Both the position numbers and the translations under genes were made by a program. 64,000 nucleotides of DNA from Balamuthia mandrillaris. Taxonomy: Eukaryota. The stretch lies in NCBI GenBank assembly GCA_031835245.2, contig JAVKOQ020000062.1, forward strand, positions 62,001 through 126,000. Reading direction: 5' to 3'. Below are positions 44,808 through 58,907 of this stretch, piece by piece. The notes below the pieces were generated by a model. The model ran no database searches, was not told the origin of the DNA, and saw only the letters and a list, made by a program, of their open reading frames with translations. Position 1 is the first letter of the stretch. The number at the start of each line of letters is the position of its first letter.

Positions 44808-47800
44808 TTTGCTGGATCGAAAATAAGGTGTGACGGTAATTGGCGAGACTAAACTCGAAGAACAAAGAGACCGATCTACCGCATTGGTTGTTCCTCCCCA
44901 GACTTTTCTAAACTGTAAATGTTAGTACTTCGTTCCCTATCCTCCTCTCCCCTTCTTCGCTGTGCTCATGATAGATCCATCTTTTTCTTCTGTTCTGTTC
45001 TTGGTGATATTCATGTTTGCACTCTTTGCTTTTTTTCAAAAACACAGTGGACCTCTCACCGAATGGTGGTGTAAATATAAATGACTACACGCTGATAATG
45101 GATGTGTGGCTGGAAGACCTTCCAAAGGACAGTCTCTCCCTCTACCAAGCCAATTATCAACAAAGACCTACTGAAGGAGAGGCTTACATCATAAAGACGG
45201 GTACGTTCATCTTTGCGCCCACTCTCCTCTTTTCTCTTCTTGTTTTTCTCGTTGTTTATATTTTCAACAAAATTCATAGGTGGTGTTGGTATTTTCGGTG
45301 AATATGGCGTGCGAGAGGCATGGGTCCGGCCCAAACGATGGACCAGGATAGTGGTGACAGTTGGTGGAAGCCCACGCTGCATGACCACCTATGTCAACGG
45401 TAAGCTGTGCGCCAAAGTGGAGAAAGGCGTGTTCCACACGGCCGATGGACGCTTTGCTGTGAACACGGAATCCATCATGCTGTTCAACAGTACAAAGGAG
45501 AGCTTCATGCCGGGCGTTAAGGTCAAATACGTGGAGTTTCGTCCTTTCATGATGACACTGGAAGCTGTCAAGGAGTCGGCTCAGCTTAACCGCATCTACA
45601 GTTTTTGGGAAGTCGAAAAAGAGCAAGGTTTGTATTATTATTGCACACTCCAAAGTTTTAGTTTCAAGGTTAATTTTTTTTTGTTTAACCTGCAACAACT
45701 TAAACAGAGGAACAGCGAAAGTTTGAACACCTCAGCTTGCAATCTCTGTATAAACGACCGCCACCCGTGTGGATCCATCCCGCTTTCTTAGGTGAGTTTG
45801 GAGACGCCTTTCTGGAGGGAACGGGATTGGAGGGCGGCTCTCTCTATCCTTCCTTTGCGGTATTTTCGATGGCAATCGAAAATGGACTAAAGGAGCAACG
45901 AGAGTTCCTCAATGACCTGCAACACACCGATGCACAGTCACTGGATGCCATCTCTGAAATTTTTAAGGAGTCCAGAGACCTTGCTCGCAAGGTAAGTGTT
46001 GCTTTTCTTTTCATTTGTTTCTACCTCTTCCACTTGCTATTTTGGTGTTTGCTCTTCTTTTTGTCATTCTTTTTTAATTTGCTGGTGCTTTTGCTCTATC
46101 ACACTCTCAGTTTGCCCTGGCAGCCAAAGGAGGAGCCCAGTTAGTGCACTTTATGCGTCACTTTTCAAAACTGGTGGAAGCATTGAAAGAAGGAGAGACA
46201 ATGGTAGTACCAGGTGGCCTCAACGAGCACTGCCTGATATACATTCTGGAGAGACAGGAACAAACTTTCCGGTTTGTGCTGATTAACACGGACCCTCTCC
46301 TTGGTCTCTCTTATCATCAGGCTACCGCCCAACAAGCCCCTAAGATTAAGTACGCATATTTTCGTTCTCTATTAACCGTTTCTTCTTCTTCTTTTTTATG
46401 CTTGCTGAACATATTTAATTTTATCTCTGTTATTGCTAATCAGGTATAAAACATGCATGGCACTTGACAACATACCCGCTAGCCGTGTATTGGATGATGG
46501 CTTCTGGGCTCTGCTGTTCAAGCTTGTAACCTATGCTTCCAAGCACAACACCCCAGACAAGATTTACGATTTACTCATCCCGTAAGCTCATCCCTTTAAA
46601 ATAACAATCGGCGATATGTTTCTCACTTCACTTTTAACAGCTTCTTGGTCAACAAGCCATTGGAAGAGGCTTTAGTAGAGACCGTGGAAGACCCCGATAT
46701 TGATTGGAGATCTCCACAGGTTTGGTTTTTTTAAAAATACCAACCTTTCTTTTATTTTTATGTGTTGACATACTGATCTTATTTTGTGAATGGCGAACGA
46801 CAGCGAGCTAGCACTGCCTATTTCCGCAGCGTATTGGAAGCTTTCCACTATTTGATGCGGCGCAAAGGTTTAACTCCACTGAAAGCGAAGCTCGTCTCTT
46901 TGGCCATTCGCGTTCAAATGTTATCGATGGTGGACAACGACCTCCGCTTTGTAGAATCACTTAGCGATTCTGACGTTCGTCTCATCAAAATGGCATGCGA
47001 GCAAGTGGCCTACACGGCCGTTAAATACACCGACGAGAAGGTGGAAAATGGATTCAACGCCCATCAATTAGCTCAAATTAAGAAGCGTTTGGATGATATT
47101 GGTTCAATCTCGCGCCTCCTGCATCTCTCTTTTTCTTCTCCTCCCGCATTCTCTCACTATCTTGTTTTACTCTTTCTTTCTCACAATCGACTTTGTTATT
47201 TTGGGTTCATATTTTACAGAATCAGCAGTAGCATTGCTGCCACGCGACAATGAAGCCTCCATCAACCCACCACCGCTGGAACTGAATGACGGCGACAAAT
47301 GTGATTACCAATGGTCTCATCATCCTTTCTTTGACCGCCTCCTACGGGAGGAGGATGTGGACGGACTAGCAGGAGCTCCCATTCGTCTTCCTAAGTACGT
47401 GCCTGTCGATCTGTTGCAACTTCCAGGCAGAGTGGACACCTTTGAGGATGCATTGGCGGCTATTCGATACTGTGACAAGATGTGCACTCTCATCTCTGTC
47501 CAGAGTCATACCATCAAAAATACAAGTTTTCTCAAGTGTGGGCTTATTGAACATACGTTTACACAGGTTTGTTATTTCTCTAATACTCTCTTTTTGAATC
47601 AAACGTTTTTCTTTTGATTCTCTCTCTCTCTCTCTCTCATTTGCTACATTTTCTTACCCTATTGTATTCATCAAAGGTCGTTCCAGTGCCTAAACCACGA
47701 ACCAGCCCTGATTACAAGAACTGTGTGTGGGCCATTCCCTTGCGCTATGCCCTCCAACTGGATATCCTCATCCTGCTCCGCTCATGCGCAAGAAAGCCAC

Positions 47801-48833
47801 CGACATTCCCTCCGAAGTGTCCCTGCACTTGATGGGCTACGAGAGGATGTATGGCTATGGCCTGAGCACTGGCAAGTTTGGGGATCAAAGCGAAACTATT
47901 GAGGTCCATACAGCAGAGCTCAACATTGCTCGCACTAGCGTTCTGGACTACTTTAGCGATCAGAGGGAGGACATACCGCAGGCCAATCAGATATTGTGCT
48001 TTGAGAACGGTCTCGCTCCGGAGCAAAGCACCATGCGTTTCCTCAGTGAAGTCTGTGAGGAACTTGGTAAATGCTGATTTTCTCTTTTTCATGATTTATT
48101 TTGAAACAGGGATATGGTCTGACAATTTATTGTTAATAGCATTCCCACAGAATGACATTCACACTTACATCTCCGGAGAACAGCACCTGATTATCAAGAA
48201 TTATCCTGAGTTCGAGTGCTACCGCGACATTGCCTTTTACTTCAAGTACTTTATGAATACCGAAGATGAGGCCTTCCCTCCTCCTACTCAATGGACGCAA
48301 CTACACGCTGGCCTACGATGGAAGTGGGGACAGGGCGAGTACCTCGTGTTGGCCTACGGCAATTTCCCTCTCTACTGTAGGCCCAAGAAGAAGAGCTTCA
48401 CGCATCGCTTCCCTTCCACCGCTACTCCTTCCTTCCTTACCAGCCCTCACGAGGTCAACACAGAAGACGACGTTCTCCACATTAAGAACTTGCCCAACTT
48501 TGATGATGCTCTGGGTCAAAGAGATTCGGAGCTGTTGATTTCTTACCTTACGGTGCCTTACCTGCGCTTACCTTTGGTGCTTTCCTTCTTCTCCACAGAG
48601 GATCGCATTCACTCTCTCAAAAGCAAGAAGCTGCAAGACGTGTTGGACAGCGTTCTCTTCGAGCCGGGTCGTTATCTGCCTGCCTATTTGAAGGGAGAAC
48701 CCACTGATGTACCCACCACCTCCCCTGAGCTACTGGCGACTCCCTACGGCCACCTCATCAACGAGTTGCATCGTTCTCCTGAGGGTGTAATCCAATCCAT
48801 GCTGCAATTGCTCAAGTTTGCTTTGGACTTGGT

Positions 48834-48869
<36 letters not shown>

Positions 48870-49642
48870 CTCCGTTCCTCCCTTTGACTTGTATCGTAAT
48901 TAACAGTATTCTATTTTATTGTTGAAACTCATAGGATATAGATACAGTCTACACAAGCACCGTTGACATCATTCTTTACGTAATGCGCACCGCCGCTCGT
49001 TTGAGCAACTACATGTCCTTCATGATAGACCATGCACGTGGTAGACATGAATGCATCTCTGCCCCACTGCGAGATGTGATCGTCACTCCCGCCGTTTTAG
49101 ACACTCTTGAAAAAGGCCAGAGCGAGCTGCGAGCCCTCCTTCAAGGCCCCGTTCACAGAATGCTCGAGTCATGGTGCTACCAAGCCATGAAAGCCTGTGA
49201 GAACAAGGAAGACGATGCAGTCGTTGATGAGAATACCAAAATCGCGTGCAACCTGCACGCTCATCTGTTGTTGCTCTACCGGAGCGTCCTGTTGGAAGAC
49301 TTGACAGAGGACGTGGTAAGCACTTTGCTCTGTGCCTTCATATTCCTCACCACCAGACACACATGGAACATGCGATTGCTCTCCATTCCCGAGACAGAAA
49401 TCTACGAAGTGTTGCAAGTACAGAGACGCAAGCTGATAACCTGGCTAAGACGTGCCCGACAGAGCGTCCTCAACAATGTGATGGAGTCTGCGGTGAGGGT
49501 GACCACTGGAACAGGCATTAGAGTGAAAAAAGAGGGAGACCCTAAGGAGTTTATTCGTCGTTGGGCCTATATCTCTGGTGATCGCTCAGTTGGAAGATTC
49601 ACTGTCTCTTCTGCTCGTCATCAGGTATGTCTTTTGTGTCTT

Positions 49643-49681
<39 letters not shown>

Positions 49682-52600
49682 GCTCTAGCTCTCTAGCTCT
49701 AGCTCTTCTCTTTTTCCTTACTCCTTAGTTACTATTTCCATTTTTCATTTCTTAAAAAAAACAGGAATATACTGGCGATAAAGAACCTGCTGTTCAAGAA
49801 GTCAGCCACGAGAAGGAATTGGGTGTGGAAATCGATGTTCAAACCATCCAACTCACTCTCAAGACTTCCCACCTCAAAGCCTTGACCAAAGCCATCGCTG
49901 CCAACCCTGATGTCATCGAGATCTTTGGCTCTCACTCCATGCAAGCCGCCACCATTCAAAGTGCAGAAAACAGAGAATGGGTGCGCTTGATCGGCAGAGA
50001 TCACGACATTCATCACTGGAAGACGCCAGACCCTCGCACTGATGTTCAAATCAATGACAGAGATTACGTGCCAGGAGAGTTGGAGCCCTCGGAAGAGTGG
50101 ATCATCCCCATCTTTGAGCCGGTGAGACTGACTTATCTCACGAAACCTTTCCCGTTGCAGATATGCCTTCCTGAGGATCCACTACCTGAGGATGCGGATG
50201 TAGCCTACATGGTAGGCATTCATCCCAAGCTGGGAGGTACTTGGAAGGAAATCTTTGTATTTAAGACTCTTAGAATTGTTCAGATCTACAACGTGATGTC
50301 TCATGGACGCAGATTTTACCGGTACACTATCTTATCTTGTAGTTTTTTCTTCTTTCTTCCTTTATTGTTTACGCAAATACAAATCAGATCACTGGAGTAC
50401 ACAACCGACACCAGGTTCACATTACGAGAAATGCAACCCTCCACCGACGATCGCATGTATCCCTGGCCTAAATGGGAGAGGCACGGAGCGGGCCACCCTT
50501 ATGCCGCTTACCCAGACCCAACCTCTTGCGTCATCTTCCGCAGTAAAGACCATCCTTCCAACTTATCAGGCACCGAGGAACAGTTCATTCCTTCCCGCTT
50601 GCTCTATGGTATCGTGCCATCCGCTCTGTTGGACACGCACCTCTTCTGGCAGGACGATGAGGACAATCTTCGTGGCTATCCCACCTCCAACAACAGTCTT
50701 CACATCATTTACGTGAAGCTCGTTAGAATGGCGCAGGTGGAGGCCAGTAAAACCAAAGGCGTTTGCGCTGTTGTACGCCGTCTCATGAAAAACGAGATTG
50801 GCAAATATAGAGCCACTCCTAAGAAGCGTGAAACGGACGATGAAGATGGTTCCTCTTCCACAGCTATGGATGTGGAGGAAGATCCACACGACAAAGGAAA
50901 AGACAAGGTGAAGGAGACAACAACATCAAGCTCCTCTACGTCGTCTTCGGCTTCTTCACCCCCCTCAAAAGAGGAGGCCGAACGCAAGACCGAAAAGACT
51001 ATCGATCAGGAAGAGTTGATTTTGATGAACTTGCTGTACGCCCCACCAGGCACTAAGTTGCATAGCCTCGCCAAGGTTTTGGCACGAATTGAGAACCTGA
51101 GCTACGTTCTCGCTTGGACAAGGCAACAGGATCTCGTGGATGCTCCTTTCAACGTGGACTTGGTAGAGCTGCCTCGCTTGAAGATGACGTTCCACGCTCG
51201 CACTGACGAAGATGGCGTAGTCCGACTGTATAGCATGGATCATGTCAACCTCTTCGTGACAAATGCCAGAAGCGATTTAACCACAACTCTCATTCAGGGC
51301 ATCCCCCACTCCCTTTTGCTCGCCGATGCCAACGGAGAGATACTCATATTGGTTCCTTCCATTCATCCCGTGCGGCCATTCATCGGAGCGGCTCCCTTCT
51401 CGACGGAGCTGGTATTGGATCGTACTGACAAGGAATGGTGGGACTCGCTCGACACCAAGTACTATCTGTACCCGGTCCACATCTCCCTCTCCTTCATGTT
51501 CACACCCACGTTGGCCTCTGCTCTCTATTTGTTACTGTTGCGGTTCCTCAACCGAGACTACGAGCAGGTCTACCGCCTGGTCAATTCCATCGGTACCGAT
51601 ACCCAGTTCTCTACAGAGGAGGACATCATCTTCAAAACCATGGGAGAGGCCAACAATGACTGTCACCCCAACGCCCATTCCTCACGCCTCAAAATCTCCC
51701 TCGTCACCATTGATAGTCCTGTGCAGTGTCCGTGGGACCTGACCAAGCAGGTCAGTAGGTACGTCACCAAACTGCCCCATGTCTCTGCCACCTGCCACAT
51801 GGACCACGATGAGGAGCTTCAGCTGTTGGAGATGTGCATCTGCGATGTGGATGATCCTCGCTTTGACCCTCGCATCTACACGGAGTACGAAGTCACTCTC
51901 GTCAAGAACCGAAAGCACCACCTTCAAGCTTTGGTGGATGGCAAGTCCTCTGCCGCTTGCTTCGTGGTGCCTCGCATGGTAGATTCAGGATGGCCCTATC
52001 ACCATGACATGACCGTCCTGGGTGCCACTCCTCTGGACTGGCAGCAGCTCTCCGTAGATTTCGCGGCGCCTCAGGCCCTCAGTGGCGTCATGGTGCTAGA
52101 CACAGCCCACAGCTTCTGGTCCGGCGATGAGACAACCATCGGCAGCGCTCTCCACTTGGGATTCTTGTTCCTCTATGGCCTCTTCACCGGCTCCTTGAAA
52201 GCCAAAGTATGCTCTAAAGACGACAGTCACACCATCGCCACCCTACTTACCCAACTGCTGGCTGACAAGAACGACACTAGCCTCCTCAACTCCATCCTCA
52301 AGATTCTCTGCCAAAACCCTGAGCTCTGCAAGCGCCTGCCGAAGTTCGTGGATAAGCGACAGATGAAGAACACACATATCAACGGCTGGGTGGATGAGAC
52401 AGAGCCTATCTCTCCTATCGACGATCTGTTCTCTCTGCTGGTGCCCATGCTCATGATGGAAGTGGACAACCTCTACATCCCTCCTGATGACTACCCTCGC
52501 CTGCCTCCTCCTGAACCCTCTGCTCCTGTCCGTCCGGAGGGAGAGCGCGAGTGGATCCTTCCCTACCTCTCCGACTTTATGTGCGAACAAAGGGTGTTGA

Positions 52601-55600
52601 AGAAGAGTGTGCGTGGTGTCGATGGAAGCGGCAAATTGGACCTTGATGAAACCAAACAAACCGCGTTTGCCACCACGCCATTGCTGCCCATTGGTCTCGA
52701 AAAGTACATTGCCTATCTCTCGCTGCATGACCTAGGCAGAGAACCCGTTTCGGATCAGCTGCCATTTGATGTATCCCGTCATCCGCAGGCCAATTCCGAA
52801 GTGGCCGTGTCCATGATCCATCGTTTGAAGAACGACATGGCGGTCTACGCTGAGCAAATGAACAAGGGCCAACAGGCCCTTTGCTTGCACCTTCTGGAGC
52901 AGGACATTGAAGCCATTGCGCAGAATCCCACGAAAGCTGATCTGGACAAACCCCTTCAACACATCCGGGAGTTGGTCGGCGGGTTGGCCTCCATACGAGA
53001 GCAGGACGCCACTTACGTGACCTCCGCCATTCCGTTCGTCACGGCACTGGCCAATCAGGTTCCTCTTCCCGCTGAAGCAGAAGGACCAGGAAAAGGAACA
53101 ACTCAAAAGTTGGGATTCCTGCTGCGTCGTTATAGCGGCCAGGAGAGCTTCATGTGGTTGGATTACTTGGTGGGAGCATTGCTTTCCTCTAGAGCCACGT
53201 TCGACCTCCAAAAGTTAAACCCTTACTTGGAGGAAGCTGATATCTCGCGCATGTTTGATGTGGTTACGGGCATCATTCTTCACGCCAATCGCGTGGGTCA
53301 CATCAACAGAGCCATCTCCGACGCAAGAGACCTATTGGAGTTATTAGAAGCAGCCAAGGAAAAGACCAGTCAAGGGATAGCGCCAGAAGCTGCCATCCTT
53401 GCTGGCCTCAAACAAAAGAGTCACTCTTTGGCCGTCAATCTCAACACTCAAAGACATTACATGGATCAAGAGAAGATGACTATCGAGGAAGAAGAGAAGG
53501 AAGAGGACGAACAGGAAGAAGCCGGAGGTTACATCTACGATCCACGCTTCTTGGTCTTCGAGTTCACATGGAACATCCTGCTTCGCAAGTCACAGGTCAT
53601 CATCGTAAGAGAGTTCATGGACTCGCTACGTCAGGGCAAGGCTTTGGTCAAGCAAATGATCATGGGTGCAGGCAAAACTACGGTAGTAGGTCCTCTCCTG
53701 GCCTTGATGTTGGGCGACGGCAAGTCCCTGGTGACGCAAGTGGTGCCGCCCGCCCTGTTGGAGTTCTCTCGCGGTATCATGCGTTCCACCTTCTCCTCCA
53801 TCATGCACAAACGCATTTACACCTTGTCCTGCGACCGTGCCAGCAAGGTAGATCGCAGCATCTTCAAGAAGCTGAGCAACGCCATCAAGACTAAAGGCGT
53901 GGTCATCAGCACGCCCACCTCCATCAAGTCCATCATGCTGAAGTACTTGGAGATGTTGCACCTCATCGAGGACCCTGGTGTGCCTTCTCATCCTTCCATG
54001 GAGATGGATGCCAAGGAGTTGGCCCGTGTGCTGCAGCTCTTCCGTGACGGAGTGCTCATCATGGACGAAGTGGATCTCATCCTGCATCCCCTGAAGAGTG
54101 AGCTGAACTTCCCCATCGGACCCAAGTTGGACCTCGACTTCCATCCTCTGCGTTGGAAGCTACCCATTCACATCCTGGATGCTGTCTTCTACGCTGAACG
54201 TGGCCGCATGTCGGTTGGTTTCCGCGAGAGCAATCGCGCTATGCTCATTCTGGACAAGCTCAAGGCAGTCATCTCCAAGGGCTACAAGCAACGCGCTCTT
54301 CAACATAGCCCTCACATTGTGCTCCTCGATCCAGACTTTTACCATGAGGAGATGAAACCGGTTATGGCAGAGTGGCTCCTGCTCTGGCTGGAGTCGCAGC
54401 ACCTCAGCGGCCTCACCGATGAGCAGATGCTCAAGTACATCACTGAAGGGGCGCTCTTCGACCCTGAGCTCGCGGAGCTCGTCAACGAGACTCTCTCTCC
54501 TACGCACAAGAAGATGCTCAACCTCTCGAGAGATTGGTTAAAGAGCTTCTTGCCTCACGTCCTGCAAAAGATTAACCGTGTATCATTTGGCATTCTCAAC
54601 AAAGCGGACTATGATAGAGCCATTGCGGCAGATCCAAACATGCCTCGTACTCGCGCCAAACTTGCCATTCCGTTCGTGGGCAAGGATGTGCCATCTCGTT
54701 CCTCCGAGTTTGCTCACCCTGATGTTATCATCGGTCTCACCATTCTAGCTTATCGGTATTTATCTTTTTAAACTTGGTCGTTTGTTTGTTTGTTTGTGTT
54801 TTTTTCTTTAAAACAAAAACATATTATTTGTTAACCTGTTGTTTATCGAAAAAAACAAAAAACAGATATGAAGGCCTTCGCTGGACCGACTTCCACGACA
54901 TCGTTGGCTCACTGCGCAGCACCCTAACCAAAGAAATCGGTCCTTTCAATGAGAGACAATCCAGCCGCCGCTATGCCTCTTGGGTCAAAGAAGCCGGCGG
55001 TCGAGTTCGTGGCGTTCACAAACGCAATGAAGAAATATTGCCAGAAGACGATGATGAAGACAAAGAAGTAGTACCACTTCGCCTCTTGAAACGCTCCAAC
55101 GAGGAACAAATGATGAAGCTCTTCAATCTGCTCTACAAACTGCCCGATCTTATCCACTGGTACTTGAACGAATTTATCTTCCCGGCCTACATGCGCCACC
55201 AGGTGGTCAAACTGAGCGCCAGCGGTCAGGCTTTGGGAGGCGAGATGCTCTTTGGCCGCCGTATCGGCTTCAGCGGCACGCCCAGCGACTTGATGCCCAT
55301 AGAGTTGGGCAAATGTGGCTATGAGCGAGGCTCTGATGGTCTCATGATGAGCTACCTTACCGACACCAAGATTGTCTCCTACGAGACTATTGAGGAAGGA
55401 TGGTCGGTGCGTTCCCTTTTGGATCGCATCGCTACTACCACGGAGCCTCAGCCTTATCACGCTCTCATCGACACGGGCGCGTTGATCACGGGAATGAGTA
55501 ACTACGAAGTGGCAGCCTACCTCTTGTCTCGGGGATTGAAAGACTTTGAAGGAGTAGTCTTCTTGGATGAGCTTGACAGGAAGATGATTCTGGTGAGAGC

Positions 55601-58222
55601 CACTGGAAGAGTGTTGAAGCTGGCACAGTGCGGTATCAGCAAGAAACGAAGGTTTGCCTTCTACGATCAGGTGCACACTACCGGCATGGACATCCAGCAT
55701 ATGCTTAGTGCGTGTGCTGTGCTGACATTGGGCAAAGACATGACCTTCCGTGATTATTCTCAAGGTCTGTACTGTCGTTCTATTTTCTCTTTCTCCTCTG
55801 TCTCTCTCTCCTTGAGGTATAAGAAAAGCTGACAGCTTTTTAACAAAAGGCGCATTCCGTATGAGAGGAATCGGCAAAGGGCAAACCATAAAACTATTCA
55901 TCATTCCAGAGATAGAGCGTTTGATGGCTCGAGAATTGGCTGAAGCCCGTATGCCCGACACTGGAGCGGAGGGCGTGAAGAAAGTGCTTCTGGACGTGGC
56001 AGCATGGCTTGTCATCAACAGCATGAGGGCCGAGCGCATCCAATTTAACCAGCTTTGCATCCAAAACGTCACTAACGTATGGCAGAAGAACTCCTTCAAG
56101 AACCTTCTTCTCGGCAGAGAGAGCTTCTCCGTAAATAAGCCCTTGGAAGACAGTTTCCTTCGTAAATGCCTCCAGATCTTCCGCGAGCCGATTGACTTCT
56201 CTGTGGAAGCCTCCGTGCCAGTTCCGATCCCCTTCGTCTCTCGCATCGACAAAAGAATCGAAGAGAACAGCGGACTTATTTACACCGAAGAGGAGAGGGC
56301 CATCATTCAAACAGTGCGAAACATTGTGGCTAGCAGGAGAGGACAGGAAGAAGAAGAGGTGGAGCGAGAGGAGGACCTCGTCAAGGACAAAGGCAAAGTC
56401 AGAGAGCTCATGTCCAGCAGAGAGAAGCTGCGTCACCGACGCAGACGCTTGTTGGACAGCTCTGGCCACTTTTTCGACGCCGAGAAGGTACAGGAACAAG
56501 AACAGGAGAGAGAACAGCAGCAAGAGCAAGAACAGGAGCAGGAGATCGAGATCGAGAAGTACGTGGATTTGGCATACAGCAGGGACCACGAGGCACCCAC
56601 ACCTTGGCCCTTCATATCATTGAGAGAACAGCCCTCCAACTTGGAGCAATTTTATCCCTGCCACGAGTTTCATCTGTACAAGCGACAGCCGTTGAGCTTC
56701 CCCGACTACCTCCTCGTTTCCAACAACTACTTTGACAAACGTTGGTCGGGAGCGAGACGTATCAAGAACGTATGTATGGTACTCGAATGGGTTCCTTCTA
56801 CCGCTGCTCTTTCTTCTACTTCTTCCGCTTCTACATCGCAACAGACAGAGCTTTCACCCAGTCGTGGAGCTGCGTTGCAGAAGGCATATCATTTGTTTGA
56901 TCAGGATAAAAGCGGGGACATCTGCAAAGAAGAGCTATGGCAGATTATTCGCTCAGCTATGGATGTAAAAGCCACCGAAGAAGAGCTACAAACCATCATT
57001 CAAGAGTTTAGCAAGAACAACAAGACTAAGGATGGAGGAGAAGCGTTAGACTACGAAGCCATCAAAGCCTTCCTCTGTAGCGGCAAATTCCGAGAGGAAC
57101 AGCAGGGTCGCTTCTTCGTGGTACTATCCCTGGCAGAGGCAGAAACCATCCGCCGCATCATGCACATCCGCCTTGAGAGGAATGTCATCGATGGAGCGGA
57201 CGCCACAATGGCCCTCCGTTGCGTTCCATCTGGTAACGCCCTCGTGGACGTGTCGCATGGCTTCGAAGCAGCCAAGCCCTACCAATCTGAAGTGGCGCAT
57301 CAAAGCTTCCGCTTCCTTGATTGCGACATGTACTATAGGGATGAGCAACTGAACGTTCTGGTGAGAGCGTTGCAGGAGAGCAACACTCGTGAGCGCAGGA
57401 TCTTCTTCGAGCGAGTGATCGGCTGTCGTCGTCGCATGAACCGCAAATGGGAGGAGACGCCTGTAGCCAAGCTCTTTGCTCTCCCTGATGAGTTCCACGC
57501 GCTCAAACAACGGGCACAGTCGGTGTGTGTCCGACAGGCCATCAAAGCTAAAGGCATGCTCTTCTATGATGCCTTCCACCTGTTCGATCGTAACAGAACG
57601 GGCATTATCACACCGGCACAGCTTTGGGGTGCCTTCGACTGGTTGGGCATCGATCTCGCTGCGGAGGACATTCTGGACTTTATCCGCACGGCGGACAAGA
57701 GCGGCGATGGCAACATCTCCTACCGCGAGTTCTTAGACATGGTGCGTGACCCTGACGCTAAATTTGAAGAGCTGGAAGAGGAGAACGAGCCGCAGGAAGA
57801 AAGCCAAAAGTCAGGTACCGGACTTTATGATGAAGAGGTGGTTCAGCCAAAGGGAGAGGAAGAGCTGCTCCGCTTAAAGCGACAGCAGATGGCGGAGGAG
57901 AAGCGCATCGAGGAGGAGGAAGCGGAGAAGGAGAAGGAGTTCGAACGGAAGATTCGTCGAGAGATTGACGAGGAGGAAGAGGAAATCGATCGTCAGCGAG
58001 GAGCCAACCCCAAGCTGCTTGGCCCTGGCTCCATACAGTACGACTTCACGACGGGACAACGACCCAGGAGGATGACCAGCAGAGGAGACATCGCCTACAA
58101 GGAGGAGTTCCAGAGCAAGTACTTGAGAGTGTATCGCCTTGGTATGCTCTTCCTTCCCATCCCCTTCGCCAATGAGGGTAATGGTGGCGGCAGGAGCCTT
58201 AATCAGTATACGTAAGTGCTTT

Positions 58223-58278
<56 letters not shown>

Positions 58279-58907
58279 GCACTCTGCTTTCTGCTCTGCT
58301 CACTTTGCTCTCGCAACAAAACTCAAGTGTTACAATGGAGATCAAATTGGATGAGTTACCACAAACCAAACTGGCCCTCTTCTCTACCGCCGTGCACAAC
58401 GAAGCAGCAGCAATGGTCTACGTTCGCAGTGATGGCCTTGTCGGGGTTGGTGACAACTTTGGCAAACAGGAGGAACATCATGTGCGAACCGGAGCGTGGC
58501 ATATCGTGTCCATCGCTGTGGACTGTTCCCCGGAGAAGAAACGTGTGGATGTCTTCCTGGACGGAAAGTTGGTGACGACGGCCCACTCCGAAGAAGAGAT
58601 CTATGTCGATAGCCCGTTTTACGCCGTGCAGGAGCAGATATGCTTGTTTGGAAGCAAGAACACGGCGGAGACCTTTGGAGCCAATGTCAAGAACGTTTGG
58701 TTCGAGAATAGAACATTCGCCCCTGAGGTTTGTTTTCTTTTTTTTTCTTTCTTTTTCTTGTTCTACTTTTAACACAGTTACAAATAGGAGGTAGAAATGC
58801 TGTACGAAAGCATTCAAATGGAGCGCCAGTGGACGTGCCAGTTCTGTACTTTCAAGAATCCACTCTCAAGCATCGAATGTTCTGTTTGCGGCCGTTTCAA
58901 CCTTTAA
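44487..58907 (+). CDS. Giant DUF3638/DUF3645 SF2-like NTPase with LamG/ConA-like domains at both ends, EF-hands and a C-terminal RanBP2/NZF zinc finger
   Basis: QMIMGAGKTT (53662), MDEVD (54061), LAIPFVGKDVPSRSSEFAHPD (DUF3645-like), GFSGT, ALIDTGAL, DQVHTTGMD, QGAFRMR. EF loops DQDKSGDICKEE, DRNRTGIITPAQ, DKSGDGNISYRE. Ends WTCQFCTFKNPLSSIECSVCGRFNL*. One apparent frameshift near 47781. Confidence 0.88.
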
